From Lophium mytilinum (Eukaryota), in NCBI GenBank assembly GCA_010093605.1, contig MU004196.1, positions 642,606 through 706,605 on the forward strand: a stretch of DNA of 64,000 bases. Reading direction: 5' to 3'. Shown piece by piece: positions 46,871-59,834 of the stretch (position 1 is the stretch's first letter; each line of letters starts with the position of its first letter). A model generated the notes under the pieces. It worked only from the letters and a program-made list of their open reading frames with translations. It made no database searches and was not told where the DNA came from. Made by a program: the position numbers and the translations under genes.

Positions 46871-49084
46871 TCAGTCATGGTTGCCGCCGCGCCTGCGATG
46901 CTTGCCGGGGAAATCGACCTCTGGGTGCACGACGCGCATGTGCCGCGTCAGCGCATCGTTGCGGCTGAACGTCTTCTCCTCAACGCAGAGTGCGCAGCGG
47001 ACCTTTTGCTTGCGGATGTTGTGGATGGTGTCCTCGTGGCGGGTGAGGTCGTACGGCCGAGAGAAGATGGTGTTGCAAGGCTTGCCGGTGGTGGGGTTGA
47101 TGCGCTCACACTTGTGTGGCCCCGCTTGTGAGTTCCGCTCGAGGAGCGCCGCTGATGTCATGCCACTGCCGACTGCCGATGTTGTCGACGTCGTCACGAC
47201 CGGGTTCTGGCGATGCCCTTCGCGCTTGTGCTTTTGAAGCTTCTGCGGAGTTTCGAAGCGAAGCGTACAGCCATGGTAGGTGCATGTGTACGTGCCACTG
47301 TCGGCGGCAGAAGACACCGGTTTTTGAAAGTGATCGCTGGCCGTGCTGCCCGTTTCGGGTCCGCCCTCACTGGCACTCGACTCCATCGACGTGAGATGCG
47401 CCGGGAAGTCCGGGGTCTCGGACGGAGCAGCCATGTTGGTCGCCGGCCGATACTGTTGAGTGTGGAAGGGCAACCCGTGCATGTTGCCGGGAATCGATGG
47501 TGGCACGTAGGTGAAGTTCGTTTGCGGCGGCGCTGGTCCTGAAGTGTTGAAGTTTTGTGGTGAAAAGCGCGTCGTGGCCCAGTTCTGTCGGCGATAGTTA
47601 TCTTCTGACGTGCTGTACTGCGGTTGGGCAGCCATGTTTCGATATTGGTCGGTGGCGTTGTACTGGTTGTCGTAGTCGTTGGCGCCGCTGTCTGGGAATA
47701 GAGGTGCCTTGGAGTCCTCGTCCTCATGGAAGTCGAGAAGCGCGTCCTTTGGTGATATTGTCGTTGGCTGAGCGTCAGGAATGTTCTTGTTCATGCTCCT
47801 CTTCAGCGCATGTGCATCTGCTTCAGCTTTTGCCACCTCGCGCTGGTGCGCGGCAGTGCCGACCCTCGTGTGAGGAGAGCTGAAACTGCTGCTCGGAGCG
47901 GCGTAAGGCGATCCATGGCGGAAAGGTGAGACACCTCTCGATGCTGAACTTGCTGGTGACTGTGATCGTGCGTTCTGTGCGGCCTGGAGTCTTTCGTTGA
48001 CGACGTTGCGATATGGCGACAGCAGCGACGGGTTGGCGTTGGTCTGGAGGGCAGACTGCTGCATCTGAGCGGTGAGCGGCGGGTTGTATAGCTCGTTCAT
48101 GCCCATGTCGGATAGTTGGTCGAACTTGGGGACGTGGTGTCTCATATCTGAATCATCATCGAAGAGTAAGTAATCGTCAAACCAAGACTCGACTTTGCCA
48201 GGAACAGTCATACCAGTGGGGGGGACCTTAAACTTGTCCTCGAAGTCCTCGCCATGCGCGGTGTGAGGAGTCGCCGGCGAGTCTTGTCCATAGCTTGACA
48301 CCGAGTGCCTGCCTGAATGCCCGAATCCTGGAACCTCCTCATCGGGGTTGTGCTGATCCATGAGCGCCTGCTTCATCGACATGTGGGCACCCATTGTGGA
48401 GTCCATGCTTGGGCCTTGCGAATAGGTGCTAAAGTTGGTGTTAAGGAAGCTGTCTTGTGTTGGAGTGTGCGAAGGAGTGGGGAGATGGTTCGAGAACCGA
48501 CTCGATTCGTCAGCGCCGAAGGCTGAGTCAATCTTTGGGTTTGACGGCGCTGAAGGCGAATTCTCGGAGTTGGCGACGTACGGGTAGCTGGTCGCGTGGC
48601 CTGCGGTGTGGTACTGCGATCCGTTTGATCCTATCGACGAGGATGACGTTGCGCGTTGATGCTGGCGGTGTGCTCGTTGCGCTGGAGTCTGGAGGGAGTG
48701 CGTCGTATCGATCTGCCCATTGCTTTCGTACGAGTTCCAGTTGTGCAGCGCCTGGGAGTTGTTGGAGGGCAGCATTGATTGCGAGTACACCGGCAGCTGC
48801 GGAACGGGTGTCGATTGCTGGATCCTGATCGCAGGGTTGGCGAAATCGAAAGTACCCGTCATGTACTGGTTGGGATCGGCGTTTGGCGAAGAGTCGATGA
48901 GGTTTTCCGTCTGGAACGGTTGCAGCGACTCGAGATAGTTGTGGAGGAGCGACTCGTCGATGTTGTGCGACGGCGAGGTGTTGTTGTAGTATAGCGATGC
49001 GTCTGAGGGTGGCGGCGACGGGAGGGTGTTGGTGGTAGTATATGGGTGGTGAATGTGTTGACGTCGAGGATGTAGGGCTAGCAT
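46871..49084 (-). CDS. RPN4: C2H2 zinc-finger transcription factor, Rpn4-like (filamentous-fungal type)
   Basis: Three C-terminal fingers: CTYHGCTLRF...HKREGH, CERINPTTGKPCNTIFSRPYDLTRHEDTIH and CALC...FSRNDALTRHMRVVH. Probable in-frame intron at 48213-48148. Confidence 0.85.
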   Translation of the reverse strand: MLALHPRRQHIHHPYTTTNTLPSPPPSDASLYYNNTSPSHNIDESLLHNYLESLQPFQTENLIDSSPNADPNQYMTGTFDFANPAIRIQQSTPVPQLPVYSQSMLPSNNSQALHNWNSYESNGQIDTTHSLQTPAQRAHRQHQRATSSSSIGSNGSQYHTAGHATSYPYVANSENSPSAPSNPKIDSAFGADESSRFSNHLPTPSHTPTQDSFLNTNFSTYSQGPSMDSTMGAHMSMKQALMDQHNPDEEVPGFGHSGRHSVSSYGQDSPATPHTAHGEDFEDKFKVPPTGMTVPGKVESWFDDYLLFDDDSDMRHHVPKFDQLSDMGMNELYNPPLTAQMQQSALQTNANPSLLSPYRNVVNERLQAAQNARSQSPASSASRGVSPFRHGSPYAAPSSSFSSPHTRVGTAAHQREVAKAEADAHALKRSMNKNIPDAQPTTISPKDALLDFHEDEDSKAPLFPDSGANDYDNQYNATDQYRNMAAQPQYSTSEDNYRRQNWATTRFSPQNFNTSGPAPPQTNFTYVPPSIPGNMHGLPFHTQQYRPATNMAAPSETPDFPAHLTSMESSASEGGPETGSTASDHFQKPVSSAADSGTYTCTYHGCTLRFETPQKLQKHKREGHRQNPVVTTSTTSAVGSGMTSAALLERNSQAGPHKCERINPTTGKPCNTIFSRPYDLTRHEDTIHNIRKQKVRCALCVEEKTFSRNDALTRHMRVVHPEVDFPGKHRRRGGNHD

Positions 49085-52000
49085 TGTGGAGACGGAAGAG
49101 GAAGTCAGGGCGGGTGGCGAAAGACTTATATGGGGGGTAGCGAATGACTCGGGTGGGGTCGCGGGATACGTAAGGGAAAAAATCAGGATGAGGTGATGGT
49201 GTGAATGGTCGGTGGAAGGCCGTGGAATCCGAGCTTAGCCGTGCCGGAGATACGATTGCAACGGCGCGATTAACGAAGCCGGCCCGAGTGATGAGGAATT
49301 GTTCAGCGAGTGTGTGCGTGTTTTTCGGGGCGCGTGGGTAATGGAGCGGCGGACAAAGCACTGTGAAAGAAACCGTCAAATGCTTATGTAGGGAATGGTC
49401 GTTGCGTCATGACAGCAGGGATCGCGCTTCTAGCCGATCTTTCGCTCTTCTGGAAGCCCTCCCTCATGCACCTAGCGACGCCTGCAGGAGGGCTGTGCAC
49501 AAGCCCTGAGCCGATTCTCTTCCCTTGTGCAGCTCTCGCGGTCGGCTGCGATCCGACGCTTTGGGTTATTCCTCGCCGGTACACGATTTGCCCTCGAAAA
49601 TAGCTGGCGCGAAACCACCCACAGTCCGCCCTCCAGATCCGCTTCGCGAGGCCCGGCCTTGGCGCATTCGGCTCCTGTTCAGCCGGCCTCATAGTGGCCT
49701 CTCTCCAACCGGACGACACGACGGCTCGAGGTCGCTTGCGATGAGGCCACTCTGCGACATACCACTGGAGCCCAGCCACAAGTCAGCTGCCCGCTGTGGC
49801 GCGTGACTATCGTGGAGCCGCTGCTCGCTTCTCGCTTCAACGAGGGATAGCAGATCGATCCTCTCTCCACTCAGCTGGGACGGTGCGGGACGCGTACTCA
49901 TGCACTCGATAGGGGAGCCATTGTGGACTACGACTCCGCAGCTGAGAATGGCAAGTCTGGATGCAATCGCGGACGTCCATTAATCGCTATCAGAGCCTCC
50001 GATGCACCACCACGCCGCAGAAACACTGGCTGCATGTTCAACCAGTCTCCTTCTCTCTTCAAGCGACCTCCACGGCGGTGAGCAGCATCCCACGTCGCGG
50101 GCTGCCTGAGAGAGTCAGACTCACGCGAGTCGACAGGCGTACGAGCCGCACTTTTCTCTCAATTCACCAAGTCCATCCGCGACTGGTTGCACGCCTATCA
50201 CCATCAACACCACGGCGCGCCCGCCGTCCCCGCCGTGCTGCGACGGCTAGCATCGTGGGAGGTGGCAGTGGGTGGGAAAGCAGCGCATGCTGAAGCCCAC
50301 GCTGCAGCCACCTGTCAAACAAACGTGGCACGGGGGAATTAAGCTCGTGGAGCACACCCTCGACAGGCTAAAGCGATCGAGTTAGGCAGGAACACCCCTA
50401 AGAAATCTAAGGAGATCGGCGGCTGGCTTGCGGGAACGAGCGAAGGGTGTCACCGAGCGCTGGGGGAGGCTGTGTGAAAAACGCACAGCGATGCTTTGGG
50501 CACCCATAGGGCTACTGATCTTCTTAGAACTACTATTGTGGGCCTAGCTCCACTGCCCTGCATTTCGATGGCACCTGAAGAGTTTTCTGGCCCGGTCTCG
50601 GCACTTCCAAGTGCGACGCTCCAATGCGAGCCTCCAGTCACATCGGCATCAGCCACACTTGCCGACGATGAGCCACAGGAGCCACGATTTTGCCGAGGCT
50701 CGAGCCGGACAGACGCTTGCCCCGGAACAGGCTCTTCCGTCGCAATCGGGATCGGAGTGCTCCGACTGTTGGAAGGTTTCTCGTCTCTCGCGGCTTCTGC
50801 GTGCTTCGTTGGCGATGCAGACGCCAAGGACACGATGGACAATGACGTCGCATTTGTGGAAGAATCCAATACCACCCCGGGGTATCCCCAAAGGTCGCTT
50901 TTCTATTTTTGCTCTATCGCTTCCTTGTTTTCCCTGGCAGCGTTATCGAAAGGTGTGGAGGTGGCGACTCCGCCCGTGTTTGGGCCATGATCACCACTTT
51001 GGGCGCCAGGGGGTGGAGGACTTTCAAGTTCCGCTCGACGCTCACACGCTCACGAAACGGGCACCATCGTCTAGTAAAACGTAGCGTGCCTGTCACTGCC
51101 AGCTGGCTGGGGCAAATTCCGCAAATCATCGCAACACCATCAAATTAGCATCGTTGCCTTCGCGGATCATCAGGGCCGCCGTCATTGCTGGTGCGGCTAG
51201 CAACCGAGGAACCTGACAGTTCTCGTTCTATTTTCATTCACGCCCTGAATTACAGCTAGATAAACTCGCATGAGTCCATATGAGCCCAGGAGCCCATCGG
51301 CTATTGAGGCGGCGTGGCAAACATCGTATCTGCCCTCCTAGATCCTGGATCGCGATAGAGTATTGGATGCGGAGTACTAGCACCTATGTCTATGTTAAAA
51401 ATAGATAAAGGGGGAACCTATAGGTTCACGAGTTCCATGCTAGATCGGACCTCGTATCTCCTATGCGGCGATTAGTTACACTCGTAAAGCGAGACATCGG
51501 CCGAACGAAGCACTTTCATGGCTGACCAACTCAGATGCATCTGTACGCCGAGGTCGGGCGGTCTTCGCTCAGACACTAACATAATCGATTATTATACGAC
51601 CCGCGGGCTCCTTCATGTCGTGTTCCTATCTGAAATAGCAATATAGATGCCGACTTCTCAGCAATATTCAAATATCCAACCAAACACAAAGATGTTGACA
51701 ATTACAACATAATCAGATATCATGGTGCTGCAAAGGTATCAGCTGAGATAATATCGCGACACGGGAAGCCTAGACCTGTTCAGCCGCCGTATGAGGCTGA
51801 TTACTCGTGCATGCAACATCAGAATTCCATATTGGTGGATAGCTGAGCCGCAAGGTCCAGATCGCATTAGCAAACGCTGATGCAGCGTCCCGTGCTGCAT
51901 TCCATTCAAGCACAGCATGACACTGCAGCACATTAACTGTCAGCTACTATTATTTCAGAATACCCAAGTTAAGACTTTGCGCATATTCCAAATTAGTATT

Positions 52001-52639
52001 TGAATATAGCGGTGAGTGCGAGACTCGATATCTGGTGGTGAGTTCGCTGCTTTCTTTATCATTGATAATTGTTGGTCAGTTCGGGTATGCCTAGCGTCAG
52101 CAACATCGCCTAATATCTAGAAGAGGCACTTGGTCAGCTACTTGGCTCTCAAGGTTCTTTACCGACCTAGAGCGGACAGGAGATCGGTGCTCACTCTCTC
52201 GAAAACTATCACTAAAATTTCATATTTTCCGATTGGCTAGCTCTCTCGATCTCACTCATCAGCCTCACAGCCTTAACATTCTTTCATTCCGCACTCTCTT
52301 CGGCCGTAGGACGGATCGAACGTATGATTTTTCGCATCCAACCAATCAACATGGTCGAAGGAAAATAGACTTCCCTGCTCGAACAGAGAAGCCCCTCCCA
52401 GTTAACTTGAAGCAACGCTCTCCTGCCCTATTGACCACAACTATGTCTAGATAGGCCTCTCAACTCAAGGCCTGGGTTCGTACGCCTGCGCACCAAGGCG
52501 CATTCGTGAATTGCGACTCTATCAGCAAGGAAGCCAACTAATCATAGCTTATCAAATTCCTTCGGGCATCGATATGATGTTTCGCACTACCTCTATCAGA
52601 GACGCATTTCTCTTACGTCTAACAACTCCAGGCAGTTCG

Positions 52640-52980
52640 ACACGTGAGACCTTGTAACAAAAATACCTGGATACGTGACGAGGTTACCTCGACCTCCTTG
52701 ACAATAGGCCGAATATTACCTCCTCGCTTTAGCCACACAAATAACCCAAGTAATGCAAACGAAGCGTGACACGCAACGTGCCCTCCACGTCTAATATCTA
52801 TCTATTTACGCGGTTCGATATGTGAGAACTGATAACAAAAGTACCTGGATACTTCACGGGGCTCCTCGGTAGCTCCTTCTACTCATTCAATAGCAGCCCG
52901 ATTCCCATCTCCTTGCTTCAGCAGTGAAAGGAAGCACGCAGATTAGACGCAGCGTGACACGCTGCGTACCCTCCGTGCGT
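52640..52980. repeat. Diverged tandem duplication, two copies of ~170-180 bp
   Basis: Shared blocks in the same order: gtgaga..taacaaaa.tacctggatac, then ctcct.gctt.agc, then agcgtgacacgc..cgt.ccctcc. Confidence 0.75.
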
Positions 52981-53110
52981 AGCAGCAGAACTCACGCGGT
53001 CAGATCCGTAAGAACTTGCAATATACTGACCCAAGGCGTGACGGAAGGGGTATGGCTCCTTTCCCACTTTTTGACGGCAGCCCGATTTGCAGGCCTTCTG
53101 GTATTACTCG

Positions 53111-53329
53111 GGAGTATTAGGAGAAATGGGAGTAATGGGAGTAATGGAAGTATTAGGAGTAGTGGGAGTATTGGGAGTATTAGGAGTATTGGGAGTATTG
53201 GGAGTAGTAGGAGTAGTAGGAGTATTAGGAGTATTAGGAGTATTGGGAGTATTGGGAGTATTGGGAGTGTTGGGAGTATTGGGAGTATTGGGAGTATTGG
53301 GAGTATTAGGATATTGGGAGTATTGGGAG
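53111..53329. repeat. 9-nt minisatellite (GGAGTATTG)n, roughly two dozen units
   Basis: Directly visible array with ggagtattg/ggagtatta/ggagtagta variants. Confidence 0.95.
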
Positions 53330-55174
53330 AAGTGTAAGACACATAAGATATGTAAGTAAATCTACCAAAAGGAGCTAGAATTGGCAGAGATGTTGGACGA
53401 TGAGGGTGTTTGGGAAGGCAAGGTATGGCATCTTTCTAGAAGAACATTCGACGGTTTCGCACAGCATATTGCCATGGTCCGACTTGCTCTATAATCTAGT
53501 AAAAGGACGATTGGGTATAAAATTGGGTAGTCTGTTCCTCCACATTGGAAAGGTATTAGAGAAACTAGACGCCATGTGACACGCAGCAGGATTGTTACCG
53601 GGCGCGGCGAATTGGGATCGATCTCTCCCTTTACTGCTCCCATCTCACCTTGGAAAGGAGATAATTCCACGTGGAACGAAATATGCATCCGCGAGTGCGT
53701 GATGTATCAACCAGCAGTACAACACCTTAGAGTCCATTCAACTGCGAAATACCTGACGGCAAGGCTTGGAACCCAATAAATGAAGCTAGATAGTTTAGAC
53801 GGTATGCCAGGAAAAAGTCGTGTGAAGTAGAAGAGAGACCCTTCCATACGATGGAAGAGATTGATAGGCCTGGTCAGAAATGCTCTGTTCTAGCTGTTCG
53901 TGTCTCGACTTGCCAGAGCTCTATCGAAGGTGATTGTTCTTTTCTGGAGGAGTTTCATCACTAACCACCAAGCATACACATATGCCAGTGGCCATGTTCT
54001 TGACCGGAATCGTGGTCTTTCTACCTCTGTGTCGGAATTAGCCTCATTCATCGGGTACAGAACTTCGTTTGCTTCCTCATCGGAAGGAAGTCGTGTTCGT
54101 TGAGGTCTGCGTTGAGACAGGCTTAGATTTTGATTTCCGCTCAAGCTCCAATCATGCTTATCCGGCGCTGTACTGTTACCACTGGGCTTGCGTGTACAGT
54201 CCTGCGGCACAAAAGCATACTCGGTGGTCTTATGCTTGTTTTCGTCATGTCATCCCATCTTTCACGATCTGTCCAAGGGTGACCCAGCTACATATCGGAC
54301 CGATTAAAGCTACTCGAAGTTCAATCTGAGTATTGTTGCGGTTGTTGATCTGACAATACCTCTAGATGCTCGCGCGTATCTTGAAAAACCCTGGGAAGTA
54401 TATGTAGATCGGTATCTTATCGATATAGGACAATGGGGGACATTTCTGCGATGACTCCGTGGATGCTATCTCCAATTCGAGTCATTGGTTTTTGGCCTAC
54501 CTCGGCACCGCACTAAGCTCATCTTCTGTCTCTGATATCGTACTTGAATTTTCTAGAAGCTGGCATCCCCTGCGACAACAATACTATCAATCACTCCGGG
54601 ACACTTCAGCAGTGTGGGGTTCCTCTCCAAGTTTCAACGGGTTGGATCCCCATGGGTCCGGTAACCGGACTGTGGTGGGTTAATAGAGTTGAAAAACTTC
54701 CCGTGAATCTCTCCCGCAACAGCCGTGTGCGGTGCTCCGGAGCAGTATGGGAGGGTAAACATCGGCATCGTGGTCAGTGGGCCGATGGTGGAGCATCTCG
54801 CAGTTCGACGTTGCAAGATTGACAGAAGGTCCACTTTCGAAAGCTCCCGAGCCTTGGCCGAGCCAATTGGATGGTTGCGCGTTTCAGGTCCCGAGAAAAA
54901 ATTGACGCTTTGACCTCATCTTGGAGCGCTAACACGGTCGCATCCGAACATCATTGCGATGACGTGGGTCGAAAAGTTTGGATCCGACCATGGCGGTGCC
55001 GCAGATGCGAACTGAGGTACCCCGAGGTCTCGTGCGCAGAGGAGCTAGGCGCAACGACAAAGTTGTAGCGCCGTCACTTAAATTGCTCTCTGGCTCCCCA
55101 CAGTCGTCATCTTCAGTGAACTTTTCTTCCCCCAACTTCTTAACTCCACACGCTCAATTCCAGTGGACACCACT

Positions 55175-57134
55175 ATGGGGTTCTTAGATCGCTTCAAGGG
55201 CGAACAAACACCCTCGCCTGCGAACTCCAGCAATGCAGATGTGGAAAAGAAAAGGCCAATCGTAGCGAAGATGGGCATCGGGCAGCGATTCAGACCGCGA
55301 ATCATCTTCATGGCCGTGCTTGTTTCCATGGGCGGCTTCATATTTGGTTATGATACTGGTAGGTAGTGAATGTCGAGCTTGCTTGAGGACCAAAACTAAG
55401 ATTTCCCTAGGACAAATCTCGGGCTTCCTGGAGATGCCAGATTTCCTCTTGAGATTCCACGACACGACAAAGGAAGGAAAGCCAGCTTTCAGTAATTCGC
55501 GCAGCGGCACTATTGTCGGTTTGGTATGTGAAACCCAACGTTTCCCGAAGTCTTTGCTGACAATTCGTAGCTGTCAATTGGCACTCTCATAGGCGCGCTG
55601 ATTGCCGCTCCCGTTTCAGACAAGTTTGGTCGGAAATGGTCCATCGTTTTCTGGAACATGGTCTTCTGCGTCGGCGTTATTGTTCAGATCGCAACTACCA
55701 ATAAGTGGTACCAAATCGTTATTGGCCGATGGGTTGCTGGCCTGGGAGTGGGTGGCTTGTCAGTGCTTACTCCGATGTATCAGAGCGAGACAGCGCCCAG
55801 ATATGTTCGTGGTGCTCTTGTTAGCTGCTATCAGGTATGTTGTTGAGCCCGTAAAAGAGACGTCGAACTAACCCGCTGCAGTTGTTTATCACCTTGGGTA
55901 TATTCACCGCCAATTGCATCAACTTCGGAACAGAAAAAGAGCAAAGCGCCCGCGCGTGGCGCCTTCCTATGGGTATCGGATTCATTTGGCCTACAATTAT
56001 GATCTTTGGTATGTTCTTCATGCAAGAAAGCCCGAGATGGGATTACCGCCAAGGAAACCATGACAGCGCGCGCGCCACTGTAGCGCGCAGTTATGGCCTT
56101 CCCATAGACCATCCAGAGGTGAACCGGGAGATTCGCGAGATCAAAGAGAAACTGGATGCCGAGAGCGGCGCAGACCATCCCTGGTACGAGATCTTCACAG
56201 GGCCCAGGATGCTTTACCGGACCCTTTTAGGCTGTGTCCTACAGAGTTTACAGCAGTTGACTGGTGCAAACTGTAAGTACTCTTGCGCATGCCACCATTC
56301 AGCAATGCCTAATCTCTCCAGTCTTCTTCTACTATGGGACTAGCATCTTTGCGTCGATCGGACTCTCGAACAGCTACGTCACTGCCATCATCCTATCTGG
56401 CGTCAATTTTGGAACCACATTTCCCGGTCTTTACATTGTGGAAAGATACGGTCGCCGGCCCTCTTTGATCGTAGGCGGGCTTTGGATGTTTATGTGCTTC
56501 ATGGTATTTGCCTCTCTCGGTCACTTTGCTCTCAACCAAGATACGCCTGAGGCCACTCCGGATATTGGGTATTGTATGATCGTGTTTGCTTGCTTGTTCA
56601 TTGCTGGCTTCGCTATGACCTGGGGACCTATCATCTGGGCGCTCATCGGAGAGATTTACCCCTCGCGATATCGCGCGAAGTGCATGGCACTCGCTACCGC
56701 TTCGAACTGGATCTGGAACTTCCTCATCAGCTGTAAGTACTTCATCATAGCCGCCTCTAAAATGCTTCTACTCATACAATCTAGTCTTTACGCCATATAT
56801 CACTGGTGCCATCGATTTCCGCTACGGGTACGTCTTTGCAGCATGCTGCTTCACTGGCGCCGCGGTCGTCTACTTCTTCGTTTGCGAATCTCAAAACCGT
56901 ACCCTGGAGGAGATTGACACCATGTACGTGCTCGGCGTGAATCCCATCAAGAGCAAGTACTGGGAACCTCCGGAAGGAGATGAACTTCCGAACACAGACA
57001 ATCTCTACCTCACCAAAGGAGGGAGAGGTATTAGGAAGAGGAAGGAAGCTGGCGTGCCAGCGCCTGATGAGAGGCAGGAGAGTGTAGGAGTGTCGTCAGG
57101 AGGACCCTTTGAGGCGTCCGGTGCGAGGCAATAG
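55175..57134 (+). CDS. MFS sugar porter (hexose transporter family), 5 introns
   Basis: GGFIFGYDTGQISG, DKFGRK, GRWVAGLGVG, PMYQSETAP, QLFITLGI, QESPRW, LQQLTGANFFFYYG, ERYGRR, WGPIIW...EIYP, ES..RTLEEID. All introns are GT-AG. Confidence 0.96.
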
Positions 57135-58187
57135 AGCTCGTTCGAAATTCTGCCGCGGTCCAAATACCCTTGCTGTCGCTTCATTTAGCATGTAGATTAT
57201 GATATTAGAGAAGCGCAACATTCTATGATGGAAATATGCACATAGTAGTTGTGATTGTTTTGCTAATAAACGTGGCTGTAATGACGAGAATGAGTACAGC
57301 GTTTGAGTCACCAGCTCCGCCTATTGATGGTTGGAATATGACTTGATGAAAACGAAACAAGAGTGAAAACTCGCCCTGGTTTGTGTAGCCGCCTCAACTA
57401 ACTTTTTACAAGTCAACTTAGCTAAGAAAGACAAGAGAAGTGGTTGTGGTTCGATCTTCAACATCCAACTGAGGCTTCCCGAGGTGACTACAGCATCATT
57501 CTCTCCTACCAATCGATCTACACGAGCCCAGTTCACCACTAGGCCTGTATAACAAGCAGTAGTATAGTGTATTTGTAAGATGAATCTAATACGACTAAAC
57601 ATATATTCCATCTTCGCACTCTAGTTCTGACTATCCAAAAGCCTGTCAGCCTCTTGAAGCAAGGCATACTCTCTCGAGAAGCCAAAGCGTGTAGAATAGT
57701 CGCACGTGGATGTTTTCAGAATCACAGGGAGGACGCACAGCTCCCAAGACCAATGAATGTCTCCAGCATCGAAAGAAATGACGAGTGCGATTAGTATTGA
57801 TATCTAAACACATGCGGGTGTTGGTGTTTTGTTCGGCTATGATTTACCGGAGGCGTTCTACCCGCTCGCCGAGTGGACGGCGTTCGGGGGAAATATCTCA
57901 ATCCTCCGCATCCTGACCTTCTGCTGGGGTGTCTGCTATGTTGTTTGTCCATACCGTGGCCGCGGGTGCAAACAAAGCGTACACAACCTAGATATCAAGA
58001 GCAGCGTTTGAAGTATGAGCATTTCTGTGTGTTTGAGAAGATAATGCCTAAATTATTCTACAGTCTTCGAACCGATTTAGGACAACAAGCACGACAAAGC
58101 TAGCCACGCTGTCCTGGAAGAAGCATAGCGCAGCCATAGCGGTTACACACTGTAGCCGGCCCCAAGAATTTCCCCAGACCTGGTCAA

Positions 58188-58193
58188 CCTCGG
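58188..58193 (+). promoter_or_regulatory. CCTCGG, putative FarA/FarB (Ctf1-type) fatty-acid response element
   Basis: Exact hexamer ~215 bp upstream of the thiolase ATG. The motif is short, so support comes from context only. Confidence 0.4.
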
Positions 58194-58406
58194 CTTTCAT
58201 GCGTTCTCCACGTTTTGGTCTGGGGGCGACACTGAAGTCCCGAGCAGAACCTCGCATAATGCTTCTATATCATTCATCACTGTCGCCCACTTCAACTCCA
58301 TCCTCATCGCTAGTGAAATCTTGACCATCTCCTGAATTGCTCTCCATCCTACTACTACCTCCTGCTCATAACCTCACCTTTAATTACACATCACAATACC
58401 GCAAAG

Positions 58407-59834
58407 ATGGTGAAGCAAACAGCTCCCGTATACGTTCTCGGGGTGGGCATGACCAAGTTCATCAAGCCCCGAGGAAAGGTCGACTACCCAGAGTTGGGAT
58501 TCGAGGCCGGTGTGAAGGCCATGTTGGACGCGCACATCAACTACGACGACGTTGACCAAGGTGTTGCATGCTTCTGCTATGGCGATAGCACATCTGGTCA
58601 GAGAGTATTCTACCAGTTCGGCATGACTGGTATCCCCATCTACAATGTCAACAACAACTGCTCTACTGGTTCAACCGGTCTATACATGGGAAAGAACATG
58701 ATTGCACACGGTGCCGCAGACTGCGTGCTCGTTGTTGGATTTGAGAAGATGTTCCCGGGGAGCCTGCAGACCTTCTTCCAGGACCGCGCGAACCCAACTG
58801 GCACATCTAACCTGATCATGAAGGAGACAAGAGGCGTGACAAAGGCACCCGGAGCTGCCCAGCTATTCGGTAATGCCGGCAGGGAGCACATGGAGAAGTG
58901 AGTAGACCCCCGATTTACTCCAATAACCATACTTATGTCGCCTAGGTACGGCTCCACGATTGAGGACTTTGCTGAGATCGCCCGCATCAACCACGAGCAC
59001 TCGAAGAGGAACCCATACTCGCAGTTCCAGGACGAATACACCCTCGACCAGATCTTGAAGTCAAACATGATCCACGAGCCACTCACTAAACTTCAATGCT
59101 GCCCCACCTCCGATGGCAGTGCCGCCGCTGTGCTCGTTTCCCAGGAGTTCCTCGACGCTCGCCCTGAGCTGAAGGACCAGGCTATCCTCATCGCTGGCCA
59201 GTGCATGGCCACCGACACCCCAGACCTCTTCAACCGCAGCGCCATCGAACTGATTGGTTACTCAATGTCGGAGCTTGCTGCAAAGACTGCCCTCGCTCAA
59301 GCCAAGACTTCTCCCGACGAGATCAAGGTCTGCGAACTACACGACTGCTTCTCGGCCAACGAGATGGTTACTATTGAGGCACTAGGCCTCACACCCAAGG
59401 GCAAGGCCCACGAGCTGATCCGTAAGGGAGGCATCACCTATGGCCCCAACAACAAGGTGGTCATCAACCCATCCGGTGGCCTTATCAGCAAGGGACATCC
59501 TCTAGGAGCAACTGGTCTAGCACAGTGCGCGGAACTGGTCTGGCACATGCGAGGCTGGGCCAACAACCGAAGCATCAAGGGCACCAAGGCCGCTCTACAA
59601 CACAACCTAGGGTTGGGCGGTGCCGTCGTGGTTACCGTCTACAAGCGTGCGGATGGCGGCGAGGCCACTGATGTGTCTGACGCAGACATCGCTAAGAAGA
59701 CTGGTCTAGGATACAACCCCGCTGTCGTGGCGAAGGGATTCACCCATGAGCAAGTCAACACAGTTCGGTCGAAGAAGGCGAGGAGCGAGTGGGCGCTGCA
59801 GGACACCGAGACGAAGGTTGAGTCGAGGTTTTGA
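58407..59834 (+). CDS. SCP2/SCPx-type thiolase (non-specific lipid-transfer protein family) lacking a C-terminal SCP2 domain
   Basis: NNNCSTGS catalytic Cys, ELHDCF, GHPLGATG and QHNLG fingerprints. One intron at ~58898-58946. Ends in -SRF (PTS1-like). Confidence 0.93.

Noticed and set aside
48528..49379. 283-aa ORF overlapping the RPN4 5' half in another frame
   Set aside because: Non-ATG start and a composition typical of a shadow frame of a C-rich gene.
52924..53359. Three ORFs with poly(ILP), poly(GVL) and poly(GSI) repeats
   Set aside because: Artefacts of the stop-free 9-nt minisatellite.
54600..55150. Several SYGGRG (CreA-type) hexamers upstream of the sugar transporter
   Set aside because: Plausible, but the motif is degenerate and the count is not clearly above chance.
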